Below, one piece after another: positions 63,739-64,000 of a DNA stretch of 64,000 nt. Within the stretch, counting starts at the first letter, position 1. The number at the start of each line of letters is the position of its first letter. This stretch comes from Camelus dromedarius (lineage: Eukaryota). The stretch spans positions 60,328,001 to 60,392,000 of the forward strand of contig NC_087436.1 of NCBI RefSeq assembly GCF_036321535.1, read 5' to 3'. Under the pieces are notes generated by a model. That model worked only from the letters and a program-made list of their open reading frames with translations. It searched no databases and was not told the DNA's origin. A program made the translations under genes and the position numbers.

Positions 63739-64000
63739 TTATGTACGGTATAACAAGTAACCACTAAATGTAGTAGCAGGGGGAAATTTGGCTGGAATCG
63801 TTCCTCTGACAAGTCGCAACCACACTTCCTGCCCATAATTTAATTCTAATAAGGCATCCCCAGTCACAACCCTATCACAGCGTATCTCACTGTTAATATT
63901 TTCAGACTCAAATGCAAGCTTGTCTACTCCATCAACCACTAAAAATCCAGAGATATGAGCACTGAATGACTCAATAGTATATTTGAAAACATACACCCCA
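63739..64000 (-). CDS. MMRN1: Multimerin-1, 3' part of last coding exon (C-terminal gC1q domain); partial, continues beyond the window
   Basis: Minus-strand frame reads GVYVFKYTIESFSAHISGFLVVDGVDKLAFESENINSEIRCDRVVTGDALLELNYGQEVWLRLVRGTIPAKFPPATTFSGYLLYRT* (TAA at 63741-63739). It has the C1q-domain hallmarks GVYxF, L.L..G.EVWL and TFSGYLLY, and matches the MMRN1 C-terminus as I recall it. The 'M' in the ORF track is an internal GTG (Val). Confidence 0.96.
   Translation of the reverse strand, partial: GVYVFKYTIESFSAHISGFLVVDGVDKLAFESENINSEIRCDRVVTGDALLELNYGQEVWLRLVRGTIPAKFPPATTFSGYLLYRT

Noticed and set aside
1..64000. Novel multi-gene, CRISPR-like or defence-type system
   Set aside because: The DNA is mammalian intergenic sequence. 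I found no repeat-spacer array, operon-like gene cluster, intact transposase/RT/env ORF or foreign-composition island.

Overview
AT-rich, repeat-rich mammalian genomic DNA, most likely camelid (camel/alpaca/llama): there is a Vic-1-type tRNA-derived SINE, and I saw no Alu, BovB/Bov-tA or PRE-1. The only supported protein-coding sequence is at the right edge on the minus strand: the end of the MMRN1 (multimerin-1) last coding exon, encoding the C-terminal globular C1q domain and stop codon, followed by its 3' UTR. The other ~63 kb appears to be intergenic DNA downstream of MMRN1 (towards CCSER1 if human synteny holds). It consists of L1, HAL1, L2, CR1/L3 and MIR relics, solo LTRs (MER41-like, MER34-like, MLT1, MLT2, LTR16/33-like), hAT MITEs and microsatellites. 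The other ORFs in the track are chance ORFs or L1 remnants. I found no evidence of a new biological system. The best leads are modest: structurally odd L1 insertions with readable target-site duplications (TSDs), a MER41-like LTR with decayed tandem STAT sites, a perfect MORE (POU-dimer) palindrome, and a CTCF-like motif. Repeat family names are recognised from memory of consensus sequences, not from a database search. Boundaries lacking TSDs are approximate.
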